From an uncultured bacterium (GTDB taxonomy: Bacteria; Omnitrophota; Omnitrophia; Omnitrophales; Aquincolibacteriaceae), in the NCBI GenBank assembly GCA_964445745.1, contig CAYULU010000002.1, positions 5,864 through 69,863 of the forward strand: 64,000 nucleotides of DNA, given 5' to 3'. The notes under the pieces are model-generated. The model saw nothing but the letters and a program-made list of their open reading frames with translations, searched no databases and was not told where the DNA came from. The position numbers and the translations under genes are program-made. Each line of letters starts with the position of its first letter. Positions within the stretch are counted from its first letter, which is position 1. Shown here one piece after another: positions 30,109-42,900 of the stretch.

Positions 30109-31043
30109 GTGCGGACAGCCTCTCTTTGGCTCAATTCAATCATTTCCGGAGTGGTACGCCACCGGTTGTGCATCCATCCCCATTGCTCGGGACATGCTCG
30201 AATCATCTTTTCGAAACTTTGCATCCAGATTTCTGTGTATTTTTTCACCGCCTCGTCCTTGTTTCCCCCGGCGGCAGAAGGACGTATCACATCCCCTAAA
30301 ACCAACTGGTATCGGTTTCCCGGACGCCTTACCATAAACGCAGGCAACATCGGTGAACCGCATGCCATCGCAAACTTGACCGGAGCCGTCAGGGTGTAGG
30401 CCGGTTTTCCGAAAAAATCAACGAAGACCCCCCGCGCCCTGTCAATATCCTGATCCGGTAAAAGACCTACAATCTCTCCCTTTTTAAGACAGCGATGAAC
30501 CTGTCGAACCGCCTCGGTCTGATAAATAGTCTCCACGCCCACTGACTTCCGGAGGCCGACGATCCAGTCATTATACGGCGCATAATAAATCCGGCGTCCC
30601 ACCACCGCCCCCTGAAATCCCTGGAGCCCGAAAATACCGGCCAGGAGTTCCCAGTTCCCGAAGTGAGGTGTCATTATAATGAGCCCCTTCCCTTCTTGCA
30701 AAATATCTTTACAGCGATTGTAAGAATCTCCCGTATCAATAAATGCTACAGCTTTTTCTCGTGTCAGCTTGGCGAACCTCAAGAAATCCACAAATGTCTC
30801 AAGGAGATTCCCCATGACCCCGGAAGCAATACGATGGATTTCACTCTTCGTCTTCTCCCCTGCGTAGGCAAACTCCAGGTTTTGAATAATCTTTTTTCGC
30901 TGGCGAGAAATCAGAAGATACGCCACACGCCCTGCCACACGGGCCAAAGCGAGCGCCCAATCTCTTGGCAAAATCAGCGGAATCATCGCGGCAGTTCGCG
31001 CTAACAAATAAAGCGGATAACGGTAAATTCTCTTTTTGGCCAT
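30105..31043 (-). CDS. Lipid A secondary (lauroyl/myristoyl) acyltransferase, LpxL/HtrB family
   Basis: 312 aa. MTPHFGNWELL motif and LpxL-like length. LPS context. Confidence 0.8.
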   Translation of the reverse strand: MAKKRIYRYPLYLLARTAAMIPLILPRDWALALARVAGRVAYLLISRQRKKIIQNLEFAYAGEKTKSEIHRIASGVMGNLLETFVDFLRFAKLTREKAVAFIDTGDSYNRCKDILQEGKGLIIMTPHFGNWELLAGIFGLQGFQGAVVGRRIYYAPYNDWIVGLRKSVGVETIYQTEAVRQVHRCLKKGEIVGLLPDQDIDRARGVFVDFFGKPAYTLTAPVKFAMACGSPMLPAFMVRRPGNRYQLVLGDVIRPSAAGGNKDEAVKKYTEIWMQSFEKMIRACPEQWGWMHNRWRTTPEMIELSQREAVRT

Positions 31044-31163
31044 AAAATTTATCGTATCATTCTTGAAACTCGAATCACGAAACCCGAAACAAATCCCAAA
31101 TATTAATATTCCTACTCCCCCAAACAGATTGCTTCGAATTTAGAATTTCGAAATTGATTTTCA

Positions 31164-32129
31164 TTAGACAATTCCCGCCCTCATAAGATCCTGAACATCT
31201 AACAACCCAATGACCCGCATTTTTTGATCCACCACGGGGATTTCGTCAATCCTGAGAGTTTCGAGAACGTGAAATGCCTCTTCGGCAAGCTTATCCCCTC
31301 CGATCACACGGGGATTTAAGGTCGCCACTGTTTCGATGGGACGGCTCAAAATCGATTCACCGTGCTGGCGCAGGTGACGTCTTAAATCACCATCCGTAAA
31401 AATCCCTATCAGCTGACCCTTGCGATTCACAATTGTACAACTTCCCGCACGCGCCGATGTAATCTTGATCAACACTTGCCTGACGGATGTTCCGGTCTTG
31501 ACCACGGGATTCGACTTGCCCGTACGCATAAGATCTTTCACCCGAAGCAAGCGTCTTCCAAGACTGCCACCGGGATGAAGCTCCGCAAAATCTTCACTTC
31601 GAAATTTTTTTATTTTAAGCAGGGTCAGCGCAAGCGCATCTCCCATCGCAAGAGAGGCTGTGGTCGATGCGGAAGGAGCAAGATTGAGGGGGCAAGCTTC
31701 GCGAGTGACCCCCAGATCCAGCACGACTTCAGCGTATTTTGCCAACGTTGATTTCGGGACACTGGTCATGGCGATGAGCGGCACGCCTTTTTTCTTAAGT
31801 ATTGGCATCAGCCTTACAATTTCTTCGGTTTCCCCGCTTTGAGAAATCGCGATAATCAAATCTCGGGACGTGACCATCCCGAGGTCACCGTGAACGGCCT
31901 CTGCCGGATGAAGGTAAAGGCTCGGCGTCCCCGTCGATGCCAGGGTCGCTGCAAGTTTCCTGGCAATAAAGCCGGGCTTTCCCATCCCGCTCAGAATAAT
32001 CCGGCCTTGGCAATGGGCCATCATCAGTACAGCTTTTTCAAAATTTTTACCGACCTTCCCGCGAAGCCGGGTCAGGGCTTTTGCCTCGATATCAATAATC
32101 TCCTTGCCGATGTTCTGAAGATTTTTCAT
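31164..32129 (-). CDS. kdsD: Arabinose-5-phosphate isomerase (SIS + tandem CBS)
   Basis: 321 aa. SIS motif [25 protein letters not shown] and two C-terminal CBS repeats. Confidence 0.9.
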   Translation of the reverse strand: MKNLQNIGKEIIDIEAKALTRLRGKVGKNFEKAVLMMAHCQGRIILSGMGKPGFIARKLAATLASTGTPSLYLHPAEAVHGDLGMVTSRDLIIAISQSGETEEIVRLMPILKKKGVPLIAMTSVPKSTLAKYAEVVLDLGVTREACPLNLAPSASTTASLAMGDALALTLLKIKKFRSEDFAELHPGGSLGRRLLRVKDLMRTGKSNPVVKTGTSVRQVLIKITSARAGSCTIVNRKGQLIGIFTDGDLRRHLRQHGESILSRPIETVATLNPRVIGGDKLAEEAFHVLETLRIDEIPVVDQKMRVIGLLDVQDLMRAGIV

Positions 32130-32959
32130 GATATCATTCCTCCCGCGGCAACAACTTTCTTTAGCGCTACCAATTGTTGTAAAATTGGCCCCAGTTTTTT
32201 TAGCGCAAGGGCATTAGCACCATCCGACAGGGCCTGGGACGGATTCTCGTGAACTTCCATAAAAACAGCATCAGCGCCTGATACAACCGCGCAACGCGAA
32301 AGCGTCGGGATAAATTGAGGTGCACCGCCCGCCGAGTTCCCCTGTCCCCCCGGAATTTGGACCGAGTGAGTGGCATCAAAGACGACCGGATAATTAAACG
32401 AACGCATAACCGGAATTCCTCGAAAATCGCTCACAAGGTTGTTGTACCCGAAACTGGAACCACGATCCGTTAGAAGAATTTTTTTTGTGCCGCACTCTTC
32501 AAGCTTGTGCACAATATTTTTAACTTCCCAGGGAGAAAGAAACTGCCCCTTCTTCACGTTCACGATTTTTCCGGTTCTGGCAGCTGCAACCAGAAGGTCG
32601 GTTTGGCGACACAAAAACGCCGGAATCTGGAGGATATCCGCAACTTCTGCGGCCGGCTCTGCCTGCTCGGGAGTATGGATATCCGTCAGTACCGGAACTC
32701 CCAGATCTTTTTTGATCCTCGCAAGTATCTTGAGCCCTTCCTGCATGCCCGGCCCGCGATACGAACGGATGGAGGAACGATTGGCTTTATCATAACTCGC
32801 CTTAAAAACATACGGGAGGTTAAGCTGCGCCGTCATCTTCTGAATGGCCCTCGCAAGCTTAAAAGCCCCTTGCGCGCTTTCGATAACGCAAGGGCCGCTA
32901 ATCAGAACCAGCTGTTGGGGGTTGCCAAAAACAATTTTGCCTAAACTGACTTTATTCAT
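32126..32959 (-). CDS. kdsA: 3-deoxy-8-phosphooctulonate (KDO-8-P) synthase
   Basis: 277 aa. Conserved [24 protein letters not shown] and DATHSVQ motifs. Confidence 0.95.
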   Translation of the reverse strand: MNKVSLGKIVFGNPQQLVLISGPCVIESAQGAFKLARAIQKMTAQLNLPYVFKASYDKANRSSIRSYRGPGMQEGLKILARIKKDLGVPVLTDIHTPEQAEPAAEVADILQIPAFLCRQTDLLVAAARTGKIVNVKKGQFLSPWEVKNIVHKLEECGTKKILLTDRGSSFGYNNLVSDFRGIPVMRSFNYPVVFDATHSVQIPGGQGNSAGGAPQFIPTLSRCAVVSGADAVFMEVHENPSQALSDGANALALKKLGPILQQLVALKKVVAAGGMIS

Positions 32960-34631
32960 GGATAATCATTTTCTCCTCGCTGTCCGGACGGGTTGCAACG
33001 GGTTCAAGAGCTGATTTAGGAAAATTGGCTTTTTGATATTCCAAGGCACTTGCGATAAATTCACGAAAGAGCGGATGCGCACGGTCAGGCTTCGATTTAA
33101 ACTCCGGATGAAACTGGCAAGCTAAAAACCATGGATGGTTCTCAATTTCGACCATTTCAATCAGTTTTCCGCTCGGCGAAACTCCCGAGAATTTAACGCC
33201 GGCTTTTTGAAATTTTTCGCGGTAAGCGTTATTAAATTCATAACGGTGGCGGTGCCGTTCCGAAATTTGCTCGGTCTTATAGGCCTTCCAGGCCTTGGTG
33301 TCTTTTTTGACTTCGCAAGGATAAGCCCCCAACCTCATGGTGCCCCCAAGGTCTTTCACCTTCTCCTGTTCTTCAAGCAAACTGATCACCGGGAACGGAG
33401 TCTTCTTGTTAAACTCGGTCGAATTAGCACCTTTCATATTGAGCACATTCCTCGCAAACTCCATCACAGCGCATTGCATACCGAGACAAATGCCGAAGAA
33501 AGGGATTTTTTTCTCCCGGGCAAACTGGATTGCCAGCAGCTTCCCTTCAATTCCTCTAACACCAAATCCGCCAGGGACAAGAATGCCCGCCACCCCTTTC
33601 AAGGCCTGAAGCGAATGCGCCGTCTCAAGTTTTTCGGAATTAATCCTTTTGATAATGACCTGGCTGTCGTTGGCAATACCGCCGTGCTTTAGCGATTCAT
33701 AAATGGATTTATAAGCATCCTGAAGTTCAGTGTACTTCCCAACAACCGCTACTTTCACCGAGAAACGGGGTCGAAGCGCAATATCCACCACATCTTTTTT
33801 CCAGGCATGGAGACTTCCCGCCTTATATTCAATCCTGAGCTTCTGACAAATGACCTTGTCAATGCCTTGTTCCTTAAACGCAAGAGGAACTTCGTAAATG
33901 GAAGAAACGTCACGCGCTTCAATCACCGATTCAATGTCCACGTTACAAAATAGCGCAATTTTCGCTTTGATTGACTGCTCAATTTTTTTTTCGGTCCGGC
34001 AGAGGAGAATATCAGGCTGAATACCGATTTCACGCAACGTGCCGACCGAATGCTGGGTGGGCTTCGTTTTGAGTTCCCCCGCAGCCTTGATGAAAGGGAC
34101 AAGGGTGAGATGGATAAAAAGTGAATTTTCACGCCCCACTTCATGCCGAAACTGGCGAATGGATTCAAGGAAAGGGAGCGATTCGATGTCGCCTACCGTT
34201 CCCCCGATTTCGGTGATGACCACATCATAACGTTTTCCTTTCGACACATCCCGAATACCATCCTTGATAGTGTCCGTGATGTGCGGTACCACCTGGACCG
34301 TTCCGCCAAGATAATCACCCCTGCGCTCTTTCATGATGACTTTGTAGTAAACCTGGCCGCTCGTAAGATTATTTTCCCGTCCATAAGTACTGTGGGTGTA
34401 ACGTTCATAATGTCCCAGATCAAGATCCGTCTCCGCACCATCATCGGTCACATACACTTCCCCATGTTGATAGGGGTTCATCGTCCCGGGATCCACATTA
34501 AGATAAGGATCGAGCTTCTGGATGGCGACTTTTAATCCTTTCGCTTCCAGAATTTTTGCGATGGATGCGGCCGCAATTCCCTTACCGAGTGACGAAACGA
34601 CACCACCTGTCACAAAAATATGCTTGGGCAT
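32952..34631 (-). CDS. pyrG: CTP synthase
   Basis: 559 aa. [15 protein letters not shown]-terminus and glutaminase GICLGMQ / HRHRYE motifs. Confidence 0.95.
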   Translation of the reverse strand: MPKHIFVTGGVVSSLGKGIAAASIAKILEAKGLKVAIQKLDPYLNVDPGTMNPYQHGEVYVTDDGAETDLDLGHYERYTHSTYGRENNLTSGQVYYKVIMKERRGDYLGGTVQVVPHITDTIKDGIRDVSKGKRYDVVITEIGGTVGDIESLPFLESIRQFRHEVGRENSLFIHLTLVPFIKAAGELKTKPTQHSVGTLREIGIQPDILLCRTEKKIEQSIKAKIALFCNVDIESVIEARDVSSIYEVPLAFKEQGIDKVICQKLRIEYKAGSLHAWKKDVVDIALRPRFSVKVAVVGKYTELQDAYKSIYESLKHGGIANDSQVIIKRINSEKLETAHSLQALKGVAGILVPGGFGVRGIEGKLLAIQFAREKKIPFFGICLGMQCAVMEFARNVLNMKGANSTEFNKKTPFPVISLLEEQEKVKDLGGTMRLGAYPCEVKKDTKAWKAYKTEQISERHRHRYEFNNAYREKFQKAGVKFSGVSPSGKLIEMVEIENHPWFLACQFHPEFKSKPDRAHPLFREFIASALEYQKANFPKSALEPVATRPDSEEKMIIHE

Positions 34632-34718
34632 GACAACTTCCTTTTTCTCTTTCTTCCCCTGCTATTCTAAAAATAAATATTTCAAATTTATTTTCTTCTA
34701 TGTTTGGGAAATTCGGGC

Positions 34719-35462
34719 TTATTTCGGACTTCGAGCTTGCGCGAGCCGTCGTTCAACTTCGCGCAGGTCTTCTTCCGTATCCACGCTGATAAAATCGAAA
34801 TCCGTTTCAATGACACGAATCATTCGTCCCCTCTCAAGAACCCTGAGCTGCTCAAGCTTTTCGGTCATTTCAAGGACCCCGGGGTTCCACTTAACAAACT
34901 CCAGAAGAAATTCTCGCCGGTATCCGTAGACACCAAGGTGCTTCAAAAAACTAAAACTGCGATCCTGCTCCCCCTGAGCGTACGGCACGGGAGACCGCGT
35001 AAAATAGAGGGCGCTTCCGCCCTCGTCACAAACCACTTTCACCACATTCGGATTCACGAATGCATCCCGGTCAGTCATGCGAAGGGCCAAGGTTAGCATT
35101 TCGGGAGCACGGGAAATCCGGAAAAGGTTTACCATCTCATCCAGCGCCTGTGGAGACACCAGCGGCTGATCCCCCTGGATATTGATAACGACTTCATGGT
35201 CAAGTTGTTGCATAACTTCCGCAATCCGCGACGTACCATTAGGATGATCCCGCCGGGTCATGACTGCTTGTCCGCCAAAACCTCTCACGCAGTCTGCAAT
35301 TCTCTCATCGTCACAGGCAACAATCACCCGCTCAAGGTTTTGAGCCTTCCCGGCGTTTTCCCAAACATGCTGGATCATGGGTTTCCCGGCAATCTCGCGA
35401 AGGATTTTTTCCGGAAGCCGCGTCGAGCCAAGCCGGGCAGGAATCACGCCAAGGGCTTTCAT
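34719..35462 (-). CDS. kdsB: 3-deoxy-manno-octulosonate cytidylyltransferase
   Basis: Start trimmed to MKALGVIPARLGSTRLPEKIL. The upstream 44 codons of the ORF look non-coding. Confidence 0.9.
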   Translation of the reverse strand: MKALGVIPARLGSTRLPEKILREIAGKPMIQHVWENAGKAQNLERVIVACDDERIADCVRGFGGQAVMTRRDHPNGTSRIAEVMQQLDHEVVINIQGDQPLVSPQALDEMVNLFRISRAPEMLTLALRMTDRDAFVNPNVVKVVCDEGGSALYFTRSPVPYAQGEQDRSFSFLKHLGVYGYRREFLLEFVKWNPGVLEMTEKLEQLRVLERGRMIRVIETDFDFISVDTEEDLREVERRLAQARSPK

Positions 35463-35676
35463 AAACACCCTTGAAAATCCAAAGCAAATCCAAATGACCC
35501 AATCCCAAAATTCAAAAACTTTTGTTTGATGCATTGGGACATTAGAAGCGGTTTCATAAGTTCCTTTTGCATTTTTCAACCCCTTGAGAAACAACGGGTT
35601 GAAAATACTTGTGAAACCGCCTCTAGTGTTTTGATCATGTTTCGTGTTTCGTGTTTCAAGCTTCGGATTTGTTGTC

Positions 35677-36687
35677 TCATGACTTCTTAACGGCTTCCTT
35701 CAGCTCTTCCGGACTTGCGGTCGCCGTCCCGAGTTTGCCGACCACAATTCCCGCCGCGATATTCGCGATCTTCGCAGCTTCCTTCATTTTTGCACCCGCA
35801 GCAAGAGCCAGTGCCAGAACCCCGATCACGGTATCGCCCGCGCCGGAGACATCATAAACTTCACGGGCTGACGTAGGGACACGCGTAATCTCCCCCCCTT
35901 TTTCAAAAAGCGCCATTCCGTCTTCGCCCAGTGTGATCAAAACAGAATTGAGCCGCAATTTTTTCATAAGACCCCATCCTACCTGTTCAAGGGCCGGGGT
36001 TTTCTGATGGGATCGAACCGTCCGCTCATACCCTCCGTAAGCCTCTTTGCGGTTGGGTGTTATGCAGGTCACTCCCGAATAATAGCTAAAATGTTTTTCC
36101 TTGGGATCAACGATAACGGGCTTTTTATTTTTCCGGGCCATCCTGACCACTTCACGCAAAAGAAAAGGTTGCATGACCCCCTTCCCGTAATCTTCCAGAA
36201 TGATGACATCGATCATTTTGATTTTTTGCTGAACAAATTTGAGAATTCTCAGAAGGTCAGCACGGGAAATATCTTCTGCTTTTTCACGGTCAAAGCGTAC
36301 CATTTGCTGGGAATGCGCAATCACCCGCGTTTTAACTGTGGTGGGACGTGCGGGGTCATAGATAATACCCCCGGTCTCAATCCCCTGTTGGCGCATCGTT
36401 TTAAGGAGCATCCGCCCGTAAATGTCACGCCCCACGACGCCACAGGGATAGGCCGAACCCGAAAGGGAACGGATGTTGTGTGCCACATTCAAAGAACCGC
36501 CGGGCATATACGATTCACGCTGGACTTCAACCACCGGGACGGGTGCTTCGGGGGAGATTCGGGAGACATTGCCCCAAATAAACTGATCGAGGATAAAATC
36601 ACCGATCACGAGGATATGAGCTGTCCTGAATCCGCTGATGATATCTAAAAACCGCTTTTTTTCAGCTGTCGAAAGAGTGTTATTCAC
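35677..36687 (-). CDS. D-glycero-beta-D-manno-heptose-7-phosphate kinase (RfaE/HldE domain I only, PfkB family)
   Basis: 336 aa. PfkB motifs (DVSGAGDTV) and RfaE domain I-like N-terminus (ILVIGDFILDQFIWG). No adenylyltransferase domain is attached. Confidence 0.85.
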   Translation of the reverse strand: MNNTLSTAEKKRFLDIISGFRTAHILVIGDFILDQFIWGNVSRISPEAPVPVVEVQRESYMPGGSLNVAHNIRSLSGSAYPCGVVGRDIYGRMLLKTMRQQGIETGGIIYDPARPTTVKTRVIAHSQQMVRFDREKAEDISRADLLRILKFVQQKIKMIDVIILEDYGKGVMQPFLLREVVRMARKNKKPVIVDPKEKHFSYYSGVTCITPNRKEAYGGYERTVRSHQKTPALEQVGWGLMKKLRLNSVLITLGEDGMALFEKGGEITRVPTSAREVYDVSGAGDTVIGVLALALAAGAKMKEAAKIANIAAGIVVGKLGTATASPEELKEAVKKS

Positions 36688-36984
36688 ACATGCCCTATAA
36701 AATCAGAACCCGGTGTTCCACGTTCATTTTGAGGAACTAAACACCGGGCAATGGTTGGGTGTTTCCTGATTCTGGGAAGGGCATATATTAACATCCTGCC
36801 CAAGAGGTGTCAATCGAAGGAAAAAACTTACAACTCCTTTAATTTAAAAGGGTTAGCCGTTATTTTAGGGCCGAGGGTGAGCTATTTTGCTGCGGATTCG
36901 TATCCATCAAAATATCAGGGACAAACAAAACCCAGCCAACTTGAAAAAATATTCCACCCCATGCTGAAAGATTTCCTCCGACAC

Positions 36985-39900
36985 TCAAGCAGAAATAGCC
37001 GTTACGACATAGCTATTCATTAGGTGGTTCAAGAAGGCATGGAGTGCCGCCTGAAAACGACCGGCCTTGTCATATCGGAATCCGTTCATCACGGCGAGAT
37101 CTCCGGGTTGCGATACAAGCTGTGCCAGAAAAAATCCATTTCCTCCTTCAAATGCAAAATACTCTTTGACTCCTTTCGCGAGACGCGGATTTTTTTGTGC
37201 TAATCGCATTCTGAGTTTTCCAGCCGTGTCCGTCTCCTTGTCCGAAAAACCGATCACCCTGACACCGGAACTCCTTGCGATCTCGGGAAGATCTTGGGAG
37301 ATCCGGACTCCAAGGGTCTTTAAATCTTCGAGGAACTGGCTATGGCTCCCCTCCAGCATATCCGGAACGACCAGCCAAAGATTCTTTCTATTTATCGCCG
37401 CAAACACCATCAGCTGTCGAAGTTCACTGGAGGGCATTCCCTCAATTTGTCCTTTTTCAATTACAAATACTGCCGGCTTTTCTAGCTCGGCAATATTTTC
37501 TTGCGTACTAGAAGCGGAAGATGAAAAATGTTGTCCTGGTGTCTTGCCACCTGCGCCTCGTAGTTCACCGCCTCTTTCTGTAGTAGCATCATCCGATCTC
37601 GGTAGATCATCCTCTGGCTCCCGGTTACCCGTTAACGGATCCAAATACTCTTCCTCAAGAGCGCTTTCTGATGAACGTACGGGGGATTGCGACAAGCGAC
37701 CCGAGAGCCAGTTGTACTCATCCGAACTGAGTTCTCGCCAGCTACCCGGAGCAAGATTCCCTAAAAGGATCGGACCAAAGGCGGTCCTTTGAAGCTCAAG
37801 AACCTGGTGACCCACCACTCGCAACATAGTTCGTACCTGATGAAACTTGCCTTCCGATATCACAATTTCGAGCCGAGTCAGAGGCCGTTTACCTTCCCAG
37901 AACCGTTCCAGGATTCTCAGCTCATTCGCGTGAACCAGATATTTTTTCCCTTCAGCCGAGATAATGACCCCCTGTTTGAGCCGATTGACCGAAGCTTCCG
38001 TCACATGCCCGCCAACCACTGCTTCATAGGTTTTCCGGACCTTATGATCAGGATTGCGTTTTGGGTTAAGCAGTAACTGGTTCAGTTCGGCATTTCCTCC
38101 CACCAAAAGGAGCCCGCTGGTATCTTTATCAAGCCTCCCGAGAAAATGCCTGCCGTTCTTAACATCGGGAGGTAGCAAATCCCAGGCGATGGGCGTATGC
38201 GGTGCATTCGGTTCCTGTTTTTCTGTCGTGATAAAACCCACCGGTTTATTTAGAAGAAAATACTTTCCAGTCTCTTTGGGCTGCCGCAATTCAGAACGCA
38301 AGGGTTCAAATTTCGACAAAGCCTCAAGAACAACCTGAGGCGCCCAGAGATAGAGATCATTCGGCATCCATGTGGCAAGTTGGGAGGTATCATCAGGCAC
38401 CCGCCCCGGGGCCTTGAAGGCCTGCTGACCTGCGATCCGGCTTATGGACTCCAGAAATTCCGAATGTTCCCGGGAGGAAACAAAAATGAGCTGATAAAAA
38501 AGGAGCAGGGTTCGATTGTCAGACTGACGGGTAAAGTCAAAATTACCTTGAGCGACGGTCGTCTCAAAAGCCTTTTTTTGAGCGTCCTCGTGGGAAAGAG
38601 GATTTTCTCCTGATCTTAATTCAACATATTTCGATACAAACCGCTGGAAGAGCCATCCCAAGGTATCCACTCGCTGGAGTCTTGCTTCCAACTGATCCAA
38701 ATAGCCATTCATTCTCTGGGGCGAATCAGCTACCTGCCACTTATTCTCCGCAATATCCCTGAGGCCGCGAAACAATTTGACCGTGCTAAGCAATTCAGGT
38801 TCCTGCAACCAGCGGAGCTGATTTAAACCGCGAACAACACTCAGAAAAATTTCCCTGTTATTTGAAGCCAGGGCATTCCGCAAGTTATTCAAGCGCCTTC
38901 GAATTTCCCTGTTTCGCAAAGAGACAATCTGACTCGTATCAAGAACCAAGCCGTACCGGGTATTCTGAAGGATCTGTCTCACCTCCCTTTCCCGGTCTGC
39001 CGATATGCCCTGAATTGCAAGATTATCAAATTCTGTTTCAAGGATACGCAAAACAGATCGAGCTAGACTGCGCCACTGCGAAAAACTCTGATTACGATTC
39101 CTGAGATGATACTTTCCGGCTGAATATTCAACCCGTCTTGTTTGAAGAAAAATTCCGATTCCTTGTTTTTCAATACGGCTTTCAGAGCGCGGTCCCTGCA
39201 AGTTCTTCGCATCCTCCAACCGCCCATCGGAGACAAACTCATGTACCTGGATTCTGGGGCTGACGAGACTCATCTGGGATCGAACTGGGGCATGGATCCA
39301 CTGCATATACTCAGCTAATTCTCCCTCCCCATACTCAACAATTTTCGCACCCGGTTTATTCATCGTTGTTTCAAGCGTGCGGGCAAAGGAACGAATGTCA
39401 TTCGTTCCTTTGCTAAAATAATAAACATAATCGGCCTTCTGGAAAAGCGGCTCAAAGTGTTCGCTGTTAAAATCACCCTGATGGAACTGGATGGATATTT
39501 TTCCCGGCAGCTCCTCTTGCTTGAACACTTCCAGAAGCCGCATACTTTCGTCAAAAATTTCGTCTTCAAATTCAATTCCGATCAACTCGACCTCCAGATC
39601 GGGATACCATAACTGGATCATCTTCGCTAAATAAAAAACAAGCTCTCCCTGTCCGTGTCCGGCATCCAGAATCACGGCGCGTTTACGCCCGCTAAGATCC
39701 ATGGTTCTCAGGACATTGATGGCTGTATCTGGAGCTGACGGGAAATAAACTCCTTTCCTTGTGATAAGCCCCTTCATATTCCTACGATGAATCCCCGCCT
39801 TAGAAAAAAGTAAACTCATTTTTTCCTGCAGGTCGTTTTCTGAAAAAACAACTCCTTGGGAATCCCTTAATAGCGATCCTGCTGATTCCACCCTATCAGT

Positions 39901-42900
39901 GGCCCCTGGAACAAAACGTTTTTCTTCCTGGCCATTCTCCATGGAAGACTGCCTCGTCTGCACCCCTTCTGACTGGGAACTACCCAGTCGATCGCTGATC
40001 CATGAAACCATTTCGGGATAACGCAACCGGCCCTTTTCATCTTCCGAAAAATAGCGACTCACCTGCATTCGAAAACTTCTCAAGTTCGTGTTGCTATTCA
40101 TCAAGATCATCTTATCCGCCCTTGAAATACCAAGCGACCCGGTCTCGCTTTTTCCAAAAACCGGCAGTTGGTTCATAACTTCACGCACAGCCCTCAAAAC
40201 TTTCGCATCCCCATCCTTTTCAGGATCCAGTGTTCTAAACTGCCTGGCAAAATCCCTGTCTACGGTTTCGATGTCTGATCGTACTTCCGAACGCCCTGGG
40301 ACCTCGTTCGGGTTCACACTCTCTTTTTTCCAAAACACCGATGTCGAAATTGTCCCCAACCGATCGTACCGATGGGCAAGAATCCCGGATCCCGCGATAA
40401 ACTCACGGACAATGCGAGTCTCAACATCGAGGATGCTTAAAGGATCTTCACTGCCCAGTATCGGAGCAACAAAAACACTTTCGGCTTTAAGACTTTTTTC
40501 CATTTTCGCGAGCACTTTTTCAGGAAAACTTTCCCGATCGCCCAAGGGAGGAGTGTAATAAAAGTAAATGAGATCGTAATCATCGATCTCGTGATCAAGA
40601 AGATCTTCCTGTAAAAGCTGGAGATTCGGAAGTTCGATCCCTTTGGCTATTTTTAAAAATTCCAGAAAATCCGCTCCGACCTGGAAACGGTCGGGATCCG
40701 GTTCGATGCCCACAACGTCTGCATCCGTTGCTGCGGCTAAGATGGCCGCTGTGAGACCATCGCCAAAACCGGTTTCTAAAATCTTTTTACGTTTGGTTCC
40801 AATATCAAAGTGGTGAACAAGATCCTGGATCATTTGAATATTGGAAGGACGGAACGATCCAAAAGGAGAGATCCACGGGATTTCATTTCCCTCGGAGGAT
40901 TCTATTTCCCGGAACTCTTCCATCGCATCGATAATGACCTGCATTCGTTCTTGGTTAAGTGAAGCATCGAGACTTGCCGCTAAATTGCTCCGCGACTCAG
41001 ACCGGCCCTGGGTTTCTTCTCCTTCCGCTGGCAACCCGTAAAACGGGGCCGTCACTTCCCCGATAAAAGTGGCCTCGCCTAAAGCGCCCAGAACTTCGTC
41101 CTTCTCGTCATCAGAAACGTCGTCGGCGTTCTCCACCCCTTCATAAAGCGTTTTAATTTTCTCTTGAATTTCAGGATTCGAAGAGTTAATGAGCGACATA
41201 GGCCAGGGGGATTCTGTTAGCTCCACCACAGGGTGAAGCTCTTTCATCTTTGCAAGGGATGCCGGGAACTTTCCGGTCGCCATACTCACCACCGAATACC
41301 CTGTGTAATCTTCGAGTGCCAGCAACTCGCGTAAAAGGGCGCGGCCTTTCCCATTCTTATCGTTTTCGTGCACGGGGATTGGGAAAGCCGGGAAAAACAA
41401 TAAAATACAAATGAATTTGGACTTAGGGAAAACCTGCAGGACAAAATTAGAACCTTCGAGTATCCTGCCATCCTTTTTCACCACGCCCACCCACTCATAG
41501 AAATCTTCTCCCTTCTTCTGATCCCGGCTAACATAGAGATCGTATCCTTGTTGCTTCAACTCTTCCCATGTCACGTCGGGGACTTGACTTCCCTGATGGG
41601 AAGACTGTCGGAGTTCACTGCGATTTTTCTTCCCCCCCCCCGGACGAGCGTTCCCAAGTCCTTTAGGATTTTGAGCGGTTTTTTTCAATTGACCCTTTTG
41701 GGGCTGATGCGTATTTTCCTCGAGGGTTGGAAACATCGGTTGAATAAATTCACCTGCCAACGGTTTTTTTCCATGAAAAGTTTTCTTCGAAACACCGATT
41801 TTCTGAAAATACTTTGCCAGATCCAGCTGATAGACCCTCCCCAACTGTTCCTCCGAAAGGCCATCACTCTTCAGAAATTGTTTTATTTTTTTAAGTTGCC
41901 GGGAATCTCCTATAAGAAGCGTGGGTCTCGTCCCCTTACGGTATCCCTGAGCAGGAAAGCCTACCCATCGAAAAAAACGGTCCTTTAGTTTTACATAGAA
42001 TGGAAAATGGTTGCTAAGATCTTCTCTTTTGATAAATGAAATGAGGGGGTTTTTGCTTTCCCCGCCATTTTTTTTGGTATACGCTTCTCGGGTGTGTTTT
42101 TCTTTGGCCCTGCGAATCTTAAACCGACGGTAGTTAAACGAATCTCCGATTTGGAGTTCGGCCTGATAAATGGCTTCGGTAATGTCGACAATGATTTTTT
42201 CAGTAATCCCCGGGTAGTAAGCAAGCGCCTTTTCAACCTGCCTCGAAATAAGATACCGCTCTTTAAGCGCTAGAGGCATATCGATCCCTAAAGTAGGGTT
42301 AAAAAAAAGGAAAGGCGCAAAATTGCCCGGCCCCGAAGGAACAAAGTTAACGATTAAACCTTTCCGATTAAGATGAATCAACTTGGGCCAAATCAGTTTA
42401 AAAACAGGGTAAATGAGAAAAAGCCTCACCAATCCCCCTTCCATATTGAGAAGCACCGCCGCCCCTGCGACAATGGCCACCTGCAATACCCCCAAACCGG
42501 TGGCCCTCCCCAGCCAGAGAGCCCCGGCAATGGTCGGCATTTTCACAAGGGGATAGATAAAGAAAAGGTCGATCATCCAATTGGTAATAATCATGACCGT
42601 CATTGCAAATTGCTTTTGCAAAGAAGTCCGGCCCTGAACGATAAATTTCTGGAGGTTGTTGATCCTCTGCGCCCGGTTGATCACAGGCTCGATCAGAGCA
42701 TTGTGCATTTTTTCAAACCACTTTAATTTCTCTCCATTCGCACGAGCTCGCTGAATAATTTTACGTTCCTCCTGAGAAAAAGCCTCCCATTCCTGGATCG
42801 TAGCCGGAAGATCCGTTGGCCGGATCACCTTCGTACCTTTATCATCAATCACACGCCGGGCGAACCATGCCTCAATTCGGTGAAGGCTTGATTCAATCTC

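Noticed and set aside
36700-36750. The hairpin CCCGGUGUU-n22-AACACCGGG upstream of hldE as a terminator for the giant gene
   Set aside because: It lies about 240 nt past the giant-ORF stop, has a large 22-nt loop and only a weak U-tract. It is not convincing enough to annotate.
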